Part shown: in pieces, positions 27,208 to 36,558 of the stretch
Layout: every line of letters starts with the position of its first letter
Position numbering within the stretch: position 1 is the first letter of the stretch
From: Nautiliaceae bacterium
GTDB lineage: Bacteria > Campylobacterota > Campylobacteria > Campylobacterales > Nautiliaceae
Length of the DNA stretch: 36,558 nt
Direction: 5' to 3'
NCBI GenBank assembly: GCA_039831155.1
Contig: JBDONT010000039.1
Span: 1 to 36,558 of the forward strand
The notes under the pieces: model-generated
Told to the model about the DNA's origin: nothing
The model's database searches: none
What the model saw: the letters and a program-made list of their open reading frames with translations, nothing else
Made by a program: the position numbers and the translations under genes

Positions 27208-29658
27208 ATGAAAACTTATAATTTAATTTATAAAAATGATGACGAATTGATAACCTTTCTTAAAAACCTTCCTAAAAAAGAAAATCTTTTTCAGGTTTTT
27301 AGCGGAGTGTCTGATAAATCTAAAATTTCTCATATATTGAGTTTGATTAATAAATATTATCCTGGTGCAAAAGTTATAGGAACGACAACGGACGGTGAAA
27401 TAGTAAACGATAAAATTACAAGTCGCAAAATAATAATCAGTGCTTCTTTTTTTGATAAAGCGAAAGTGGAAATAGTATCTTTGAAAAAGGAATGCAAAAG
27501 TGAAGATTTCGGAGAGGAATTCGGAAAAAGATTAAATTTAAAAGATGCAAAAGTAGCGATAGTGTTTAGTGACGGATTGAATATTAACGGGGATGAATTT
27601 TTAAAAGGTATAAAAAAAGAGTGTAATATACCTATTGCCGGGGGATTTGCCGGGGATAATGCAAAATTTAAAGAAACATTGGTATTTGATAATAAAAATA
27701 TTCTTTCGAAAGGAGCCGTAGCGGCAGTTATCAAAGGAGATATTTTTGTCAATAGAAGGTATGGGTTTAATTGGGAAGGAATAGGAAAAGATATGGTAAT
27801 TACAAAAGCGAAAGGAAATATTGTTTATGAAATAGATAATAAAAAAGCAGCTTATGTATATAGATATTATTTTCAAGACGCTTCTAGTGATATCGCTCAA
27901 ATAGGAATACAGTTTCCTTTAATTATAGAAAAAAATAATTTAAAAATAGCTAGGGCGGTTTTGAAGGAATATGAAAACGGGAGTTTGTTGTTTGCCGGAA
28001 GTTTGGAAGAAGGTAGTATTGTTAAGTTCGGATTCGGAGATGTTAGTAATATTTTAAAACAAGATAAAGCTTTATTCGATTCTTTAAAAGAAGTGGAAGT
28101 GGAGAGTATATTTATTTATTCTTGTATGGCGAGGAGAAGATTTTTAGGAAAAGATATTAAGTATGAAATAGAACCTTTCGCTCAAATTGCGGATGTTAGC
28201 GGATTTTTTACTTATGGAGAGTTTTTTACGGCTGATGAACCTTTGTTTTTTAATCAAACGATGACGATTTTAGTTTTAAGCGAAAGCGAAATTGTTAATA
28301 AAAATATAGAATATATTCCGAAATATAATAAGTTGTTTACTATTAAAGCTCTTACAAGTTTGATAAAAGCTACTTCAAGCGAGTTAAATGATTTGAATAA
28401 AAATTTGGAAAAGAAAGTTAAAGAAAAATCCGAAGAAATATTAAAGAAAAATGAAGAGCTTAAAAAACTTTTGTATAATGATAGGATAACGGGGCTTCCT
28501 AATAGATTTCAATTGGATGAAGATTTAAAAATCTACGATATGAAAGGAGGGGCTTTAGTAGATATTAAAGGTTTTTCCAAAATTAATGATATATATGGTG
28601 AAAAGGCGGGGGATGGGGTGTTGAAAAAGGTTGCCGTCGTTTTAAAAAGTTTGGTCGGAGCCGGTTGTAACGTATATAAAAGCGGAGCCGATCAGTTTTT
28701 AATAATCGGATATACGAACGATTCGTTTGAAGGAATTATAGAAAAGATAATAAATTATTTTGATAAAGAGCTTATTGAAATTAATATTGAAGGTTCTTCG
28801 ATTACTTTTGATATAGATGTGAGAATTGCATTGGTAAAGGGGAATTATAAAGATATAAGAGTAAAGGCTGATTTGGCTTTAAATTATGCAAGGCATCATA
28901 ACTTACAGTTTGTGGAATATAGTGAAGATTTAGGATTGGAAAAAAAATTAAGAAATGAGCTTAAATCGTTAGAAATGGTAAAAAAAGCTATTAAAGAAGA
29001 TAGAATTGTGCCTATTTTTCAAAAGATAGAGAAACAAGAAGTAACATATGAAGCTTTGGTAAGAATAAAAGAGGGAAATACGTTTATTTCTCCTTTTGAA
29101 TTTTTAGATTTTATTAAACCCGTTCATTATTATTATGAGCTTACGAAAATTATGATTAAAAAAAGTTTTGAGATTTTTCAGAATAAAAAAGAATCGGTTT
29201 CGTTGAATTTTTCTTATAAAGACATAGAAAATAAGGAAATTGTGGATTTTTTAATAACCAACATTAAAAAATACGATATGCAAGGAAAAGTAATAATAGA
29301 ACTTTTAGAAAACGAAAATTTTAAAGATTTCGAAAAGTTACAAAAATTTGTCGAAAAAGTAAAACAATTCGGTGTGAAAATAGCAATAGATGATTTTGGA
29401 AGCGGATATTCTAATTTTATATATTTATCAAAATTGAAACCGGATTTTATAAAAATAGACGGAAGTTTAATTGAAAATATTGATAAAGATGAAAATTTAT
29501 ATATCATTACAAAACATATTCACGAATTCGCAAAAAATTTGGGATGTTCAACTATTGCGGAATTTGTTACTAATAAAAGAGTGTATGAAGTTATAAAAAA
29601 AATAGGAATAGATGGAGCTCAAGGCTCGTTTATAGAAAAACCTAAGGAACTTAATTGA
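27208..29658 (+). CDS. FIST-GGDEF(degenerate)-EAL c-di-GMP phosphodiesterase
   Basis: FIST motifs (GTTTDGEI, GGFAGD, YSCMARR, GFFTYGEF); GADQF in place of GGDEF; YEALVR, IELLE, DDFGSGYSN, IKIDG, AEFV, QG. Confidence 0.92.
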   Translation: MKTYNLIYKNDDELITFLKNLPKKENLFQVFSGVSDKSKISHILSLINKYYPGAKVIGTTTDGEIVNDKITSRKIIISASFFDKAKVEIVSLKKECKSEDFGEEFGKRLNLKDAKVAIVFSDGLNINGDEFLKGIKKECNIPIAGGFAGDNAKFKETLVFDNKNILSKGAVAAVIKGDIFVNRRYGFNWEGIGKDMVITKAKGNIVYEIDNKKAAYVYRYYFQDASSDIAQIGIQFPLIIEKNNLKIARAVLKEYENGSLLFAGSLEEGSIVKFGFGDVSNILKQDKALFDSLKEVEVESIFIYSCMARRRFLGKDIKYEIEPFAQIADVSGFFTYGEFFTADEPLFFNQTMTILVLSESEIVNKNIEYIPKYNKLFTIKALTSLIKATSSELNDLNKNLEKKVKEKSEEILKKNEELKKLLYNDRITGLPNRFQLDEDLKIYDMKGGALVDIKGFSKINDIYGEKAGDGVLKKVAVVLKSLVGAGCNVYKSGADQFLIIGYTNDSFEGIIEKIINYFDKELIEINIEGSSITFDIDVRIALVKGNYKDIRVKADLALNYARHHNLQFVEYSEDLGLEKKLRNELKSLEMVKKAIKEDRIVPIFQKIEKQEVTYEALVRIKEGNTFISPFEFLDFIKPVHYYYELTKIMIKKSFEIFQNKKESVSLNFSYKDIENKEIVDFLITNIKKYDMQGKVIIELLENENFKDFEKLQKFVEKVKQFGVKIAIDDFGSGYSNFIYLSKLKPDFIKIDGSLIENIDKDENLYIITKHIHEFAKNLGCSTIAEFVTNKRVYEVIKKIGIDGAQGSFIEKPKELN

Positions 29659-30950
29659 AAGCGTTTATACTTAAAAAAATAGCGGATGAAATTAAAAAAC
29701 ACAAATTTATTAAAAGAGCTTTTAGAGTTGATGAAAATCTTATTTTAATGCAGTTTGATAACGATAAATATTATTTTGATTTGACAAAAGGGAGTGGGGA
29801 TATTTATATTAATATCGATTATCCTCTTGTTAAGAAGTTTAGAGCTCCTTTTGATATTGTACTTGAGAAGAAATTTACAAAAGCAAAGCTGCTTGATGCC
29901 AAGGCAAAAGAGAGAATACTTACAATTACTGCTAAAAATAAAAACAATTTTAAAGAAGAAATTGTAAAAATCCGTTTTGAATTTACGGGGCGTTATACAA
30001 ATGCGATAATTCTTGATAAAGAAGATAGAATAATTGAGAGCTTAAGACATATTAGTGAAAACATATCAAGCCGTGTGGTAAAGCCCGGGGTTAAGCTTGA
30101 GGAACTTCCGAGTATAGAGATAAAAGAGAAGGTTTTTGAGGTTGATGATTTAGAAAAATATACTCAAGAGCTTTTTAATAAAAAATACCAAAATAGACTT
30201 AATCAAAAAAAACAATCAATTCTAAACAAAATAGACAAAAAAATAAAAGAAATACAAAAAAAACTAAATTCACTTGAGAGTGAAGATGAGCTTTTAAAAA
30301 AAGCTCAAAAATATAAGACTTATGCAGATGTTGCTATGGCAAATCTTTATCAGATAAAACCTTATCAAAAAGAGCTAAAAACTTATGATTTTGAAGGAAA
30401 CGAAATAACTATTCCTTTGCCTGAACTTAAAAATATAAATGAAATCGGAAATTATTACTATCGTCTTGCCAAAAAAGCCAAGAAAAAAGCTCAAAACCTG
30501 CATATTCAAAGAAACTATTTAAATGAGCAGCTTGAATTTTTGCAAAATTATAAAAAGCTTGTTGAAAATGCAAAAAATTTGAGTGAGTTAAAAACATATG
30601 AGCCTCCTAAAAAAGAGAAAAAAGAAGAAGAAAATATTGCAAAATTTTATTATGACGATTATTTAATAATGGTTGGTAAAAACGAAAAAGGAAATATTAA
30701 GCTTTTAAAAAGTGCAAATGCAAATGATTTTTGGTTTCATATCAAAAACCATCCGGGAGCTCATGTAATTGTAAAAAACAATAAATTAAGCGTAAATAAT
30801 GATATAATTAAAAAAGCAGCAGAACTTGCAGTGGCTTTTAGTTCAAAAGATGAGGGTGAAGTCGATTATACAAAAAGAAAGTTTGTAAAAATTAAAGATG
30901 GTGCAAATGTGGAATATGGAAAATATAGCACCATAAAGGTTAAGTTATGA
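29655..30950 (+). CDS. NFACT/RqcH (FbpA-like) ribosome quality-control protein
   Basis: EFTGRYTNAII, coiled coil, VGKNEKGN, DFWFH....PGAHV, VDYTKRKFVK. Confidence 0.88.
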   Translation: MKAFILKKIADEIKKHKFIKRAFRVDENLILMQFDNDKYYFDLTKGSGDIYINIDYPLVKKFRAPFDIVLEKKFTKAKLLDAKAKERILTITAKNKNNFKEEIVKIRFEFTGRYTNAIILDKEDRIIESLRHISENISSRVVKPGVKLEELPSIEIKEKVFEVDDLEKYTQELFNKKYQNRLNQKKQSILNKIDKKIKEIQKKLNSLESEDELLKKAQKYKTYADVAMANLYQIKPYQKELKTYDFEGNEITIPLPELKNINEIGNYYYRLAKKAKKKAQNLHIQRNYLNEQLEFLQNYKKLVENAKNLSELKTYEPPKKEKKEEENIAKFYYDDYLIMVGKNEKGNIKLLKSANANDFWFHIKNHPGAHVIVKNNKLSVNNDIIKKAAELAVAFSSKDEGEVDYTKRKFVKIKDGANVEYGKYSTIKVKL

Positions 30951-31186
30951 GCTTAATAGGAGAAGTGACTTTTATTAATCAGAATATGCATATTCCGGCT
31001 GCTGTTTATGCCGACTCTTTGGCAAGAGAACATATTTCAAAAGAGTTTCAAAGAATTATAAACGAAGAAAAAGAGAGAAAAATAGAAGAAATCAGAGAAA
31101 TAGAAAAAAGTGAAAGAATCTTAGCCGAAGGGGACTTGAAAGAGGATACCGACAGAGAAATTAAACATTTAGATTTTAAGGCTTAA
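30947..31186 (+). CDS. Small coiled-coil hypothetical protein
   Basis: IGEVTFINQN...HLDFKA; occupies the conserved position between the NFACT gene and cdsA. Confidence 0.7.
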   Translation: MSLIGEVTFINQNMHIPAAVYADSLAREHISKEFQRIINEEKERKIEEIREIEKSERILAEGDLKEDTDREIKHLDFKA

Positions 31187-31216
31187 GTATAGTATAATTT
31201 GGAAAAAAGGATTCGT

Positions 31217-31957
31217 ATGAAGGAGCGTTTGATAACCTCTTTGGTGTTGGTTGGGGTTTTGTTGATAGTTGGGTTTATAGATAATAAATATTTAACTGGA
31301 CTTTTAATAGCCCTAATAGCCTTTGTAGGGTATAGGGAAGCTGAAAAGCTTTTTGGTGTCAGTGAAGTTGATATTTTTTATATGGGTGTGGGAGTAATAG
31401 GGCTTTCGTTTTTTATTTCCCCTCTTGTAGCGGCGGTTGTGGGTGTTGTTTTTGCAGCTTCTTATATAGCTTATTATCAAAAAGATTTGAGTATCATCTC
31501 TCCTATTATTTATCCTCTTTTGCCGGTTATGATAATTTACGCTTTATATCTTAAATTCGGAATGGCTTATATAGGGTGGCTTATCGTTATAATAGCCGGG
31601 ACGGATAGTTTTGCGTATTTGATAGGAAAAAATTTTAAAGGTCAGTTTTTTAAAGAGGGGTTTTGTCCTACTTCTCCGAATAAATCGTGGGAAGGTGTTA
31701 TAGGTGGAGTTGTTTTGGCTACTGTTTTGGGAAGTTTAATCGGAATGGGGCTTGTCGGGTTTTTTAACGCTTTTATAATAAGTTTTTTGGTAAGTGTTGC
31801 CGGAGTTTTTGGAGATTTATTCGAAAGTTATTTAAAAAGAAGAGCGGGAGTGAAAGATAGCGGAAACGTTTTACCGGGACACGGAGGAGTGCTCGATAGA
31901 ATAGACGGTTATCTGTTTGCCGCACCGGTAATTTTCGTATTGATCGGAGGAGTATAA
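31217..31957 (+). CDS. cdsA: Phosphatidate cytidylyltransferase
   Basis: TDSFAYLIG, SPNKSWEG, GDLFES.LKR.AGVKDSG..LPGHGGVLDRIDG. Start reassigned to ATG 31217; TATAAT at 31193-98. Confidence 0.96.
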   Translation: MKERLITSLVLVGVLLIVGFIDNKYLTGLLIALIAFVGYREAEKLFGVSEVDIFYMGVGVIGLSFFISPLVAAVVGVVFAASYIAYYQKDLSIISPIIYPLLPVMIIYALYLKFGMAYIGWLIVIIAGTDSFAYLIGKNFKGQFFKEGFCPTSPNKSWEGVIGGVVLATVLGSLIGMGLVGFFNAFIISFLVSVAGVFGDLFESYLKRRAGVKDSGNVLPGHGGVLDRIDGYLFAAPVIFVLIGGV

Positions 31958-31968
31958 AAAGGATTGTA

Positions 31969-33300
31969 ATGAAGTTTGAAATAGAAAATATAAAAAATTT
32001 CGGTGTTATTAAAGAGAATAAAGATAAAATAGTATTAAATGACTTAACCATATTTATGGGTGATAATAGTGCCGGTAAAAGTTATTTAGCTATTTTATTT
32101 AATTTATTAACAAGAATAGAAAAAGAATTGAATTTAAATGTTTCTATGTTAGAAAATAAAAAGGTTTATTTAAAAGTGTTAGAGATTTTAGAAAATCTTG
32201 AAGATGGAGAAGTGGAAATTAGTCTATTTAAAAACGAAATCTATGAATTGAAAGATATTTTAGAAATAGTAATTGAATCTTTTTTGAAAAAACATTTTAA
32301 AAAATTAATTACTAAAAATTTTGATTTAAAAATAAATTATTATGAAGTTAATGAAATAAAATGTATTTTAAGAAAATCACAAAGTGATAGTTTGTTTGAA
32401 TTTGTTATAGTGTTTGAAGAAGAAATTGAAAAGGATAAAAAAAGAGGATTGGAAAATAAATTCGTGTTAGAAAAGGGAAAATTTAATTTGCATATATTAA
32501 TTGAAAGATTTTTTGAAACTTTATTTGTTTTTTTAGTAAAAAGCTCTTTAAATATACCTACCTCTATTTATTTACCGGCGGCAAGAACGGGATATTTACA
32601 TACGGCTCCTATTTTATTAGAATATGCGGTAAAGCAGAGTTTTTCTTTTAATAAAGAGGGAAGCAGTGTTGAATTACCGGAGTGGATTAGAAGATTTATT
32701 TTGGAATTAACGGTTCCTGCAAGCAGTGTGAGAGAGGATGATGTTGCCACTTTAATAGAAGAAGAAATTTTAAAAGGAGAGGTTAAGGTTTATGAAAATG
32801 ATTCGAGAATAGAATTTTATGTAGGGAAAAAAAGAATAGATATTCCTTATACTTCTTCTTCAATTTCCGAGCTTATTCCGTTGGTTGTATTTTTAAAAAA
32901 AGGAAAAATTCATAAAGGGAGTTTGTTAATTATAGAAGAACCGGAGGCTCATTTAAGTTTTGAAAACCAAAGAAAAATAGCAAGAATTGTCGCTATGCTT
33001 GTAAATAAAGGAGTTAAGGTGTTAGTAACTACTCATAGCGATTTTTTTATATACGAACTTAATAATTTAATTCTTGCGAAAGATATTGAAGAAGAGAAAA
33101 AACCTAATATTTATAAAAATATTAGTTTGGATTACAAGAAAATTAATATTTACAATTTTCTTTTTAAAAATAAAAGTAAAAAGTCCGTTATCGAACAAGT
33201 ACCGGTAAAAAAAGATGGTATTGATAACAGATATATTACTAATAATTTATTAGCAAGAAGTGAAGATTTAAAAATGTTATATAATTTAATGGAAAAGTAA
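31969..33300 (+). CDS. ABC-type/AAA_21-like ATPase
   Basis: IENIKNFG, Walker A GDNSAGKS, YLPAARTG, degenerate signature SSSISE, Walker B/D-loop LLIIEEPEAHL, H-loop VTTHS; no TM segments. Confidence 0.9.
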   Translation: MKFEIENIKNFGVIKENKDKIVLNDLTIFMGDNSAGKSYLAILFNLLTRIEKELNLNVSMLENKKVYLKVLEILENLEDGEVEISLFKNEIYELKDILEIVIESFLKKHFKKLITKNFDLKINYYEVNEIKCILRKSQSDSLFEFVIVFEEEIEKDKKRGLENKFVLEKGKFNLHILIERFFETLFVFLVKSSLNIPTSIYLPAARTGYLHTAPILLEYAVKQSFSFNKEGSSVELPEWIRRFILELTVPASSVREDDVATLIEEEILKGEVKVYENDSRIEFYVGKKRIDIPYTSSSISELIPLVVFLKKGKIHKGSLLIIEEPEAHLSFENQRKIARIVAMLVNKGVKVLVTTHSDFFIYELNNLILAKDIEEEKKPNIYKNISLDYKKINIYNFLFKNKSKKSVIEQVPVKKDGIDNRYITNNLLARSEDLKMLYNLMEK

Positions 33301-33893
33301 TGATAGTTAAGAATTCTAATGAATTAGTTAGTGTTTTTAATAATATTTTTGGAAAATGTATTATCGAAGAAAAAGTAAGAGAGATTTCTATAGAAGAACT
33401 TGAAGAAAATGGAAAAGGTAAAATTAATATTATTATAAAAAAAGGAAACAAAGCTTTAAAAATTAAGCCGAATGATAAAATAAATATAGGCTGTATAAAA
33501 AAACCGAATAAACCGGATGGAATTGTTTTTGAAATTAATTTTAAACAAAAAAAAATAATTGTATATTTGGTGGAATTGAAAAAAAATTTACTTAGTAAAT
33601 TAGAAAAAGCAATTGAACAACTTAGTAAAGCATATTGGTTTGTAAAAAGTTTAAGTTTAGAGGAATGTTTTGATATGGAGTTTGTTCTAATTTTAGGATA
33701 TAAAGATGAATTAAACGAGCAAAATTTAGAATTATTTAGAGAAAATGAGCCTAATTTATTATTAAGAGAAGCTTATAATGCAATTTATGAAAAATATAAA
33801 AATAGAAAAAATATTAAGTTTCCTGTTAAATTACCTTTTTGTAAATTTAAATTGTTAAATTTCGAACTTAAAAAAATGGAAGATATAATATGA
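33300..33893 (+). CDS. Putative PD-(D/E)XK nuclease-fold protein
   Basis: KPDGIVF...VYLVELKK...KAIEQL; TAATG coupling to the ATPase and ATGA coupling to dxr. Confidence 0.65.
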   Translation: MIVKNSNELVSVFNNIFGKCIIEEKVREISIEELEENGKGKINIIIKKGNKALKIKPNDKINIGCIKKPNKPDGIVFEINFKQKKIIVYLVELKKNLLSKLEKAIEQLSKAYWFVKSLSLEECFDMEFVLILGYKDELNEQNLELFRENEPNLLLREAYNAIYEKYKNRKNIKFPVKLPFCKFKLLNFELKKMEDII

Positions 33894-34969
33894 TACTTTT
33901 AGGCTCAACCGGGAGTATTGGAGTAAATACACTTGAAGTTGCAAGGCGTTATGGTTTAGAGATTGAAGCATTGGTAGCCGGTAATAACTGTGCTCTTTTA
34001 AATTATCAAATTGAAAAGTTTAAACCAAAATACGTAGTGGTAAAAGATGAAAAAACGGCTAAGAGGATTAATTTTAAAGGCGTTAAGTTCGGAGAAGAGG
34101 CTATTTTAGAAGTAATTGAGAAAGCAAAAAGCGATTTGGTCGTAAATGCCTTAGTTGGAGATGCTGGGCTTAGACCTACTTTAAAAGCCCAGGAACTTAA
34201 TAAAAAAATAGCCCTTGCTAATAAAGAATCTTTGGTAAATGCCGGAAAATTTATAGATACTTCTAAAATCACTCCAATTGACAGTGAGCATTTCGGGCTT
34301 TGGTATCTTTTAAGAGAAAGAGAGGATTTTAAGAAACTTTATATTACTGCAAGTGGTGGGGCACTTAGGGATTGGGAGATAGAAAGAATAAAAAACGCTA
34401 CTTTAAAAGATGTTTTAAACCATCCAAACTGGTCAATGGGTGTAAAAATTACGATTGATAGTGCCACTATGGTAAATAAACTTTTTGAGCTTTTGGAGGC
34501 TAAGTGGCTTTTTGATACAAAAGAGGTGGATGCCTTTATAGAGACAAAATCCATAATTCACGCTTTGGTTGAGTGGGAAGATGGAAGTACCACTGCCCAT
34601 ATCTCAAAAACCGATATGAAACTTCCAATTGCTTTTGCTATTTTAGGTGATGTTAAAGAGGAAATTTTAAAGCCTGTTAATCTGCTTGAAGTTAAAAGTC
34701 TTGAGTTTAGAGAAATTGCAAACAATAGATATCCAGTTTGGGAGATAAAAGATTTGCTTTTAGAAAAAAGTGACTTAGGAGTTGTAGTAAATACGGCAAA
34801 TGAATTTGCAATTGAGAAGTTTTTAAAAGAAGAGATTGGATTTTTAGATATTAGTAAAACTATTTTAAAAGCAGTTAGAGAATTTGAAGATATTAATATA
34901 AATTCTATTGAAGATATTTTTGAGGTTAAAAAAGAGGTAAAGGTTTGGTGTGAGAGTAATTTTATTTGA
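33890..34969 (+). CDS. dxr: 1-deoxy-D-xylulose-5-phosphate reductoisomerase
   Basis: LGSTGSIG, ALANKESLV, PIDSEH, TASGG, HPNWSMG.KITIDSATMVNK. Confidence 0.97.
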   Translation: MILLGSTGSIGVNTLEVARRYGLEIEALVAGNNCALLNYQIEKFKPKYVVVKDEKTAKRINFKGVKFGEEAILEVIEKAKSDLVVNALVGDAGLRPTLKAQELNKKIALANKESLVNAGKFIDTSKITPIDSEHFGLWYLLREREDFKKLYITASGGALRDWEIERIKNATLKDVLNHPNWSMGVKITIDSATMVNKLFELLEAKWLFDTKEVDAFIETKSIIHALVEWEDGSTTAHISKTDMKLPIAFAILGDVKEEILKPVNLLEVKSLEFREIANNRYPVWEIKDLLLEKSDLGVVVNTANEFAIEKFLKEEIGFLDISKTILKAVREFEDININSIEDIFEVKKEVKVWCESNFI

Positions 34970-35597
34970 TTTAGACGGGACGCTTATTGATTCTACAAAT
35001 GCTATACTTGATGGGTTTAGGCATACGTTTGAGAAGTTTAATAAAAAATATCCGGGAGATGAAGAGGTAAAGAGGCTTATTGGGCTTCCTCTTGATGTTA
35101 TGTTCTCAAACCTTGGTATTAAAGAAAATGTATGGGATTTCGTGAATGCTTACAAAGAGAGATATAGGGTAATTTCAAAAGAAAAGACAACTCTTCTTCC
35201 CACTGCAAAAGAGGCTATAAAAGAGGCAAAAGAGTTTGCAAGGCTTGGGATTGTGACTACAAAAACTGGGCTTTATTCAAGAGAGCTTTTAGAGTATTTT
35301 GGGGTGATGGATTATTTTGAGGTTTTAATAGGCAGAGAAGATGTAAAAAACCCAAAGCCACACCCCGAGCCTATTTTAAAGGCAATTCATTTAATGAATG
35401 CAAACAAACAAGCTACCTGGATGATAGGGGATACTTGTCTTGATATGGTAAGTGCAAAAGAGGCTGGAGTTAATTATATAGGGGTTGAGTTTGATTATGA
35501 AGACAAGGAAGAGTTAAAAAAATGTGCGGAGGTTACAAAGCCTGATGCGTTAGAAGCTATAAGATATATTAAAACTTCTTCCAAAAATCTCTGCTAA
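34950..35597 (+). CDS. HAD-family phosphatase (phosphoglycolate phosphatase-like)
   Basis: FDLDGTL, VTTK, KPHPEP, MIGDT..D. Confidence 0.9.
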   Translation: MRVILFDLDGTLIDSTNAILDGFRHTFEKFNKKYPGDEEVKRLIGLPLDVMFSNLGIKENVWDFVNAYKERYRVISKEKTTLLPTAKEAIKEAKEFARLGIVTTKTGLYSRELLEYFGVMDYFEVLIGREDVKNPKPHPEPILKAIHLMNANKQATWMIGDTCLDMVSAKEAGVNYIGVEFDYEDKEELKKCAEVTKPDALEAIRYIKTSSKNLC

Positions 35598-36432
35598 GCA
35601 GTATTAATACCGTAAAAAATTCGAGTCTTCCTATAATCATTCCCACTGCTAAAATAATTTTTTGAGTAGGTGTAAAAAAAGCGAAATTATCAACCGGTCC
35701 TACGTGACCAAATCCTGGACCTATATTTCCTACACAAGCTATTGAGGCACTAAGAGATGTTAGGGTGTCGTATCCTTGAGAAAAAAGGTAAAGGGCTATT
35801 GAAGTAACGGTTAAAATATAAAGAAAAATAAAAGCACTTACGTTGTTTATTACGTTTTGAGAGAGTTTTTGATTGTCTATTTTTACGAATAAAATCGTAT
35901 TTGGAGAGATTATTTTTTTGATTTGATATTTTAGGTTTTTAAACATTACTACAAATCTTATTACTTTAATTCCTCCTGCGGTACTGCCGGCATTTCCTCC
36001 TATTAGCATTGCTATAAATATTAAAGCGATGGCAGCCTGTCCCCATTGAGAGTAGTCAATCGTTGCAAATCCGGTTGTGGTTATAATAGAACTTTTCGTA
36101 AAAAATCCGTGTGTTAAGGCGAAGAAAAGAGAGTCTTTGGAATGAAAATAGTGAACTAAACTAACTCCTAGAGATAAAGTAAAAAAGATAATAAAATACC
36201 ATTTAACCTCTTCGCTTTTGTAACCTTGAAAGTCTCCTTTTAATACCCTTAAGTGGGCTATAAAGTTTATGCCCGATATAAACATAAAAAACGTAGTGGT
36301 CCAAAGAATTAAAGGGTTGTTTAGCCAGTATCCCATTGATTCGGTTTTGGTTGAAAATCCTCCGGTTGAAATGGTTGCAAATGCGTGATTTATAGCGTCG
36401 AATAGACTCATTCCCTCAAACTTTAATAAAAC
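35569..36432 (-). pseudogene. trkH: TrkH potassium uptake protein, C-terminal part only; interrupted by IS at 36432/36433
   Basis: ISTGGFS, TTTGF, GGNAGSTAGGIK, GNIGPG, GRLE motifs. Homology stops at VLLKFEGM, where an IS inverted repeat begins. Confidence 0.85.
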
Positions 36433-36558
36433 TATAATGCCCCCATTTGTCAAGACAATAAATTAAAAGATTTGTTTTCCATCTATTAAGCTACTTTATG
36501 TAACATTTTTTTATAAACACTCATAGGTTTATCATAACCTAGTGCTGAATGAAATCTT
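36433..36558 (-). mobile_element. 3' end of IS3-family insertion sequence
   Basis: Minus 36557..36486 translates RFHSALGYDKPMSVYKKMLHKVA* (IS3 integrase tail R.HS.LGY..P). Terminal TATAATGCCCCCATTTGTCAAGACAA at 36433-36458 resembles an IS3-family IR. Confidence 0.82.

Noticed and set aside
36433-36453. TTG start giving a complete 294-aa TrkH
   Set aside because: The first codons come from the IS inverted repeat; TrkH normally has a much longer N-terminal part.

Overview
AT-rich chromosomal segment of a Campylobacterota bacterium. Gene order (plsY-folB-hsrA/cosR-fdx-ppx; NFACT-coiled-coil-cdsA...dxr; modA-TOBE-modB-modC; ciaB) and gene content suggest a free-living Nautiliaceae-like vent organism (inference). 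The window looks like a whole contig bounded by two IS ends: the 3' end of an IS256-family element at the left, immediately upstream of the mod operon, and the 3' end of an IS3-family element at the right that interrupts trkH. Housekeeping genes are interleaved with small, tightly overlapped accessory inserts: a frameshifted TdeIII-like restriction endonuclease with an amino-methyltransferase, a MazF/PemK-type toxin-antitoxin pair between two diverged carboxyspermidine-dehydrogenase paralogs, two c-di-GMP enzymes, and a very AT-rich ABC/AAA-ATPase plus PD-(D/E)XK-nuclease pair wedged between the essential cdsA and dxr genes. That pair is the best candidate for an undescribed defence system. 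A second candidate system is a tandem of ferredoxin:thioredoxin-reductase catalytic domains, one fused to rhodanese. Non-coding highlights are a GC-rich structured leader before hsrA, a HAIR-like operator on a consensus promoter of an hdeD-like gene, a G7 tract in a promoter spacer, and a probable ATT start for phoH. No rRNA, tRNA or CRISPR array was seen. All family calls come from motif recognition by eye; no database searches were run.
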